NCBI GenBank assembly: GCA_040954595.2
Contig: CM082597.2
Location: 10,013,778-10,077,777 of the forward strand
DNA from: Balanoglossus misakiensis
Lineage: Eukaryota > Animalia > Hemichordata
Reading direction: 5' to 3'
Length of the DNA: 64,000 nucleotides
The notes beneath the pieces are model-generated. The model was not told the origin of the DNA and made no database searches. It worked only from the letters and a program-made list of their open reading frames with translations. This document shows positions 63,077 to 64,000 of the stretch, in pieces. The first letter of the stretch is position 1, and each line of letters opens with the position of its first letter. Made by a program: the position numbers and the translations under genes.

Positions 63077-63780
63077 GGGTGTTCTCACTGGCACGTTTAC
63101 ACCGGTGCTACACCGGTGTAGATTTGACACCAACGGAAAAAAACAAATGAGAACGCTTTACACCGGTGCTGCGCCGGTGTTAATTTGCGACGGCGATGAG
63201 TTGGTGGGTCAGGGCCAGCGCTGGGCCAGCGCTCCGACGCAAATATGCAGTGAGAACGCAAAGATAGACAAACACCATTCAAAAGTGCCACCCTGCAGTG
63301 ACTTTTGGGTATGTTTATGAGGTATAGCCCATTGTCTTTGGTCAGTTTCCATTGTGAAGTCAATCACACTGGACGCGAGTGGTTTTCAAACCATTCGCGG
63401 TTTGCCAGGTCTGCAACACTTCTGTCTGCCGCCAACTTTCAGAAGGTTCTCTCGATCAATGAAAAGCCGAGGCATTTTCCATTAATGGATTAACATTCAC
63501 TTACTTCTAAACATTATCAAAACTGTCATAAAGATGACAAAGTCGTCTAGAACGCATATGCAGGCATAGAAACTGAAACATGTTGCTGTAATGTCCTCGA
63601 CGTCCTCAATTTTGTTAGTTGCTGTGTTGCTAAACATGACCATTTAGACGGTGTTTATTTCAAAACAGTGGCCAAAATTTAGTGTGTGGACGCACAGAGA
63701 TTCTGTGGGCTAATCCCCTGTGTTTGCAGAGAGTAAACACTGGCATAGCACTGGTGTCGAAACTTTTAGTGAGAACAAGT
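63077..63780 (+). mobile_element. H2 copy 3
   Basis: Colinear with 48031-48724. Confidence 0.85.
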
Positions 63781-63819
63781 CTCTGCTGGGTTCACATCTA
63801 GGCCCAAATATTTTATTTT

Positions 63820-63962
63820 TTTAACCAAAAACCGCCACCATTTCCAGTGGTCAAAAATATGCAACTCAAACAAAAGTATGGTTTATAGGATTTTTTAACA
63901 TTTTCTTTGATGAGAAATAGGCCTCTGAAAAATCTTGACAGTTTAATACAATACCCCCTTAA
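63820..63962 (+). mobile_element. Right end of the Kolobok-like family seen at 36610-36785
   Basis: Colinear similarity, ending CAATACCCCC-TTAA. Confidence 0.55.
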
Positions 63963-64000
63963 AAACATGCTAAAAGTGGCAGCTATTGGGGCTTTAATCA

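Overview
AT-rich metazoan genomic DNA, probably from a marine invertebrate (inferred from the repeat repertoire). The only host gene I can support is an OAF (out at first, BRICHOS-like) homologue on the + strand. Three coding exons are visible (10827-11027, 16060-16194, 43266-43443; canonical GT-AG; phases 0/0/1). The Cys-rich last exon was not found, so it probably lies beyond base 64000. Nearly everything else is dead or non-autonomous transposon sequence: a Gypsy element with a 159-bp 3' LTR; L2, Tx1/L1, CR1-group and RTE-X-like LINE fragments; Helentron-type HINEs with 145- and 240-bp tandem arrays; and many TIR MITEs, nested up to five deep. A decayed LRR-LRRCT-Ig gene fragment lies antisense in intron 3. 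The most unusual signal is a set of about 8 Crypton-like elements from several families that share architecture rather than sequence. Each has a long terminal hairpin whose arms carry CGAG facing CGAG (tandem G.A pairs, so only one strand folds well). In the complete copies, an internal site is complementary to the joined ends and the ends carry ~6-bp A/T cores; two elements stack head-to-tail on one shared core. This suggests a folded-ssDNA, tyrosine-recombinase mobility system (inference). All coordinates were read by eye, and superfamily names come from TIR/TSD rules rather than database searches.
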